DNA of 64,000 bases from a virus, in IMG/VR virus record IMGVR_UViG_3300009146_000002, positions 5,733 to 69,732 of that record. One strand, written 5' to 3'. Both the position numbers and the translations under genes were made by a program. This document shows positions 62,734 to 64,000 of the stretch, piece after piece. Numbering within the stretch: the stretch's first letter is position 1; every line of letters starts with the position of its first letter. The notes under the pieces were generated by a model. That model did no database searches and was not told the DNA's origin. It saw only the letters and a list, made by a program, of their open reading frames with translations.

Positions 62734-63057
62734 ATGCCCACGATTGACAAGAGCATCGGTGCCTATCACGACAGCTCGAACGCGCGCATCCGCAAGATCG
62801 CCGGCTACACCGGCCCCGCCGTCTACAACACGACGGGCGACCCGATCACGCCGCAGGATCTCGGGATGTCGCGCATCGAGCTGATCCTGTTCGCCAACGC
62901 CCTCAGCGGCACCACGCCCCTCTACCCCGTCTGGAACCCGGACGCCGCCACCGGCGGGGGCAAGGTCAAGTGGATCGTCGCGTCGACCGGCGTCGAGGTC
63001 GCGCAGGGCGTCAACCTGTCGACCTACTTCACGCGCTTCGAGGCGATCGGGAAGTAG
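62734..63057 (+). CDS. Small virion protein
   Basis: YTGPAVY.T.GD..EVAQGVNLS..FEAIG; AGGAG RBS. Confidence 0.65.
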   Translation: MPTIDKSIGAYHDSSNARIRKIAGYTGPAVYNTTGDPITPQDLGMSRIELILFANALSGTTPLYPVWNPDAATGGGKVKWIVASTGVEVAQGVNLSTYFTRFEAIGK

Positions 63058-63063
63058 TCCTCG

Positions 63064-63852
63064 ATGGCGGAGACGCTCCTCAACGCGGTGCCGGTCACGA
63101 GCGAGATGGCCTTCGATCTCGACATCGGGCCGGCCCCGCGTACGTCCTACCTGCTCTCGGTGCCGGGCCACACCACCGTGGTGTCGCTCGGCGGCCTGGG
63201 CACCTGGACGGTGGAGGTGCTCGGCTCGACCGACGGCCTGACGTTCGGGGTCGTCGGCACGCACACGCTCCCGGGGGACTACCGCTACAACAGCAACAAC
63301 GTCGTGGCCGTCGCCATCCGCGTGGCCAGCTATACCTCCGGCACGCCACTGGCCCAGCTCTCGCGGGGCGGGATTACCACCCGCACCAACGTCTCGCCGC
63401 TCTTCGGCACGACCCTGCCCTACGCCTTCCGCACCGGCACGGCCGAGACGATCGCGCGGGGCGAGGTGAAGTTCAACGCGACGCTCATCGGCTCGGTGAC
63501 CAAGGTCTGGATCGCGCACGAAACGGAAGACACCATCGACCAGTTCTACGCCGTGCAGCGCATCCCGCCCGGCGGCACGCTCCTCATGCAGGAGCGCAGC
63601 AACCACCTGGCGGCGGTCCTCTTCCGCGTCACCGGCGCGGTCGTCAACAAGACCGGCTACGTCGAAGTGCCCGTCGCCTACCTGGAGCACGTCGGCACGC
63701 TCAGTCCCCAGGGGCGGCTCCAGGTGATCCTGGCCGCGTTCAACCCCGGGGCGTCGCTGTCGTTCGCGCCGCCGGCGTTCGTCGACCGGTTGCCCGACAT
63801 CAAGGCCCTGCTTACCGCAGGCGACAGCGTGCCCGAGGAGGCCCTGGCATGA
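63064..63852 (+). CDS. Virion protein (two beta domains)
   Basis: 262 aa in the structural operon. Confidence 0.55.
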   Translation: MAETLLNAVPVTSEMAFDLDIGPAPRTSYLLSVPGHTTVVSLGGLGTWTVEVLGSTDGLTFGVVGTHTLPGDYRYNSNNVVAVAIRVASYTSGTPLAQLSRGGITTRTNVSPLFGTTLPYAFRTGTAETIARGEVKFNATLIGSVTKVWIAHETEDTIDQFYAVQRIPPGGTLLMQERSNHLAAVLFRVTGAVVNKTGYVEVPVAYLEHVGTLSPQGRLQVILAAFNPGASLSFAPPAFVDRLPDIKALLTAGDSVPEEALA

Positions 63853-64000
63853 GCGAGGACTTTGGGTTCTGCTGGCGCACCGTCCGCCTGCACTGCCCGG
63901 CGGCCCCGACCTTCCTCGCGCGCGAGTGGGTCCAGGCGGCCTGGAAGCAGCTCCTGGCCGCGCGCCGCTGGGGCTTCATGCGCGCCGAGATCGCGCTGCC
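63849..64000 (+). CDS. Head-tail adaptor-like protein (3'-truncated by the window)
   Basis: AREWVQAAWKQLL..RRWGF; ATGA coupling. Confidence 0.55.
   Translation, partial: MSEDFGFCWRTVRLHCPAAPTFLAREWVQAAWKQLLAARRWGFMRAEIAL

Larger units (their letters stand above)
1..64000. mobile_element. Temperate tailed bacteriophage (podovirus-like), near-complete, apparently in excised/circular form
   Basis: Terminase, portal, scaffold, capsid, adaptors, nozzle and ejection proteins are present, with no tape measure or sheath. Integrase and a cI/cro pair are present. Phage genes lie on both sides of the int-tRNA locus, and the gene order continues from the window end to the window start. Confidence 0.93.

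Noticed and set aside
1-64000. CRISPR array, DGR or retron
   Set aside because: No regularly spaced repeat-spacer array and no reverse transcriptase motifs were seen; the Cas4-like gene sits in an ordinary exonuclease-ATPase-SSB module

Overview
The whole window reads as one high-GC (roughly 70% by eye) temperate tailed-phage genome of podovirus type, circularly permuted and nearly complete. Both window ends fall inside the tail/adaptor module and no host genes are visible. Plus strand 49.5-64 kb and 1-20.9 kb is the late module: PD-(D/E)XK nuclease, terminase, portal, small basic proteins, scaffold, major capsid, adaptors, nozzle and four large ejection-type proteins, one with an SLT domain and one polyvalent with an ART-like domain. 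Minus strand 21-48.9 kb is the early/middle module: DUF932, a clamp-like protein, many small Cys-rich proteins, a cro/cI switch, exonuclease-ATPase-SSB, a cold-shock-domain protein, a frameshifted Pif1 helicase, RHH-xis-int, an MTase, DUF4406 and a UDG-PolA fusion. An intact tRNA-Thr(CGT) lies at the probable attP next to the integrase. The most interesting unannotated layer is regulatory: (i) five co-oriented late promoters GGGGGATC-T(T/A)Gnnn-N17-(G/C)AnnCT; (ii) a TGCATATGCA operator family; (iii) a conserved GGCCG-loop-CGGCCAC hairpin followed by ACG/ACC tracts in leaders; and (iv) tandem ACG codons, which that tRNA reads, at the starts of switch and recombination genes, including an ACG6 leader ORF coupled to int. 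All protein assignments come from motif recognition by eye, not from database searches.
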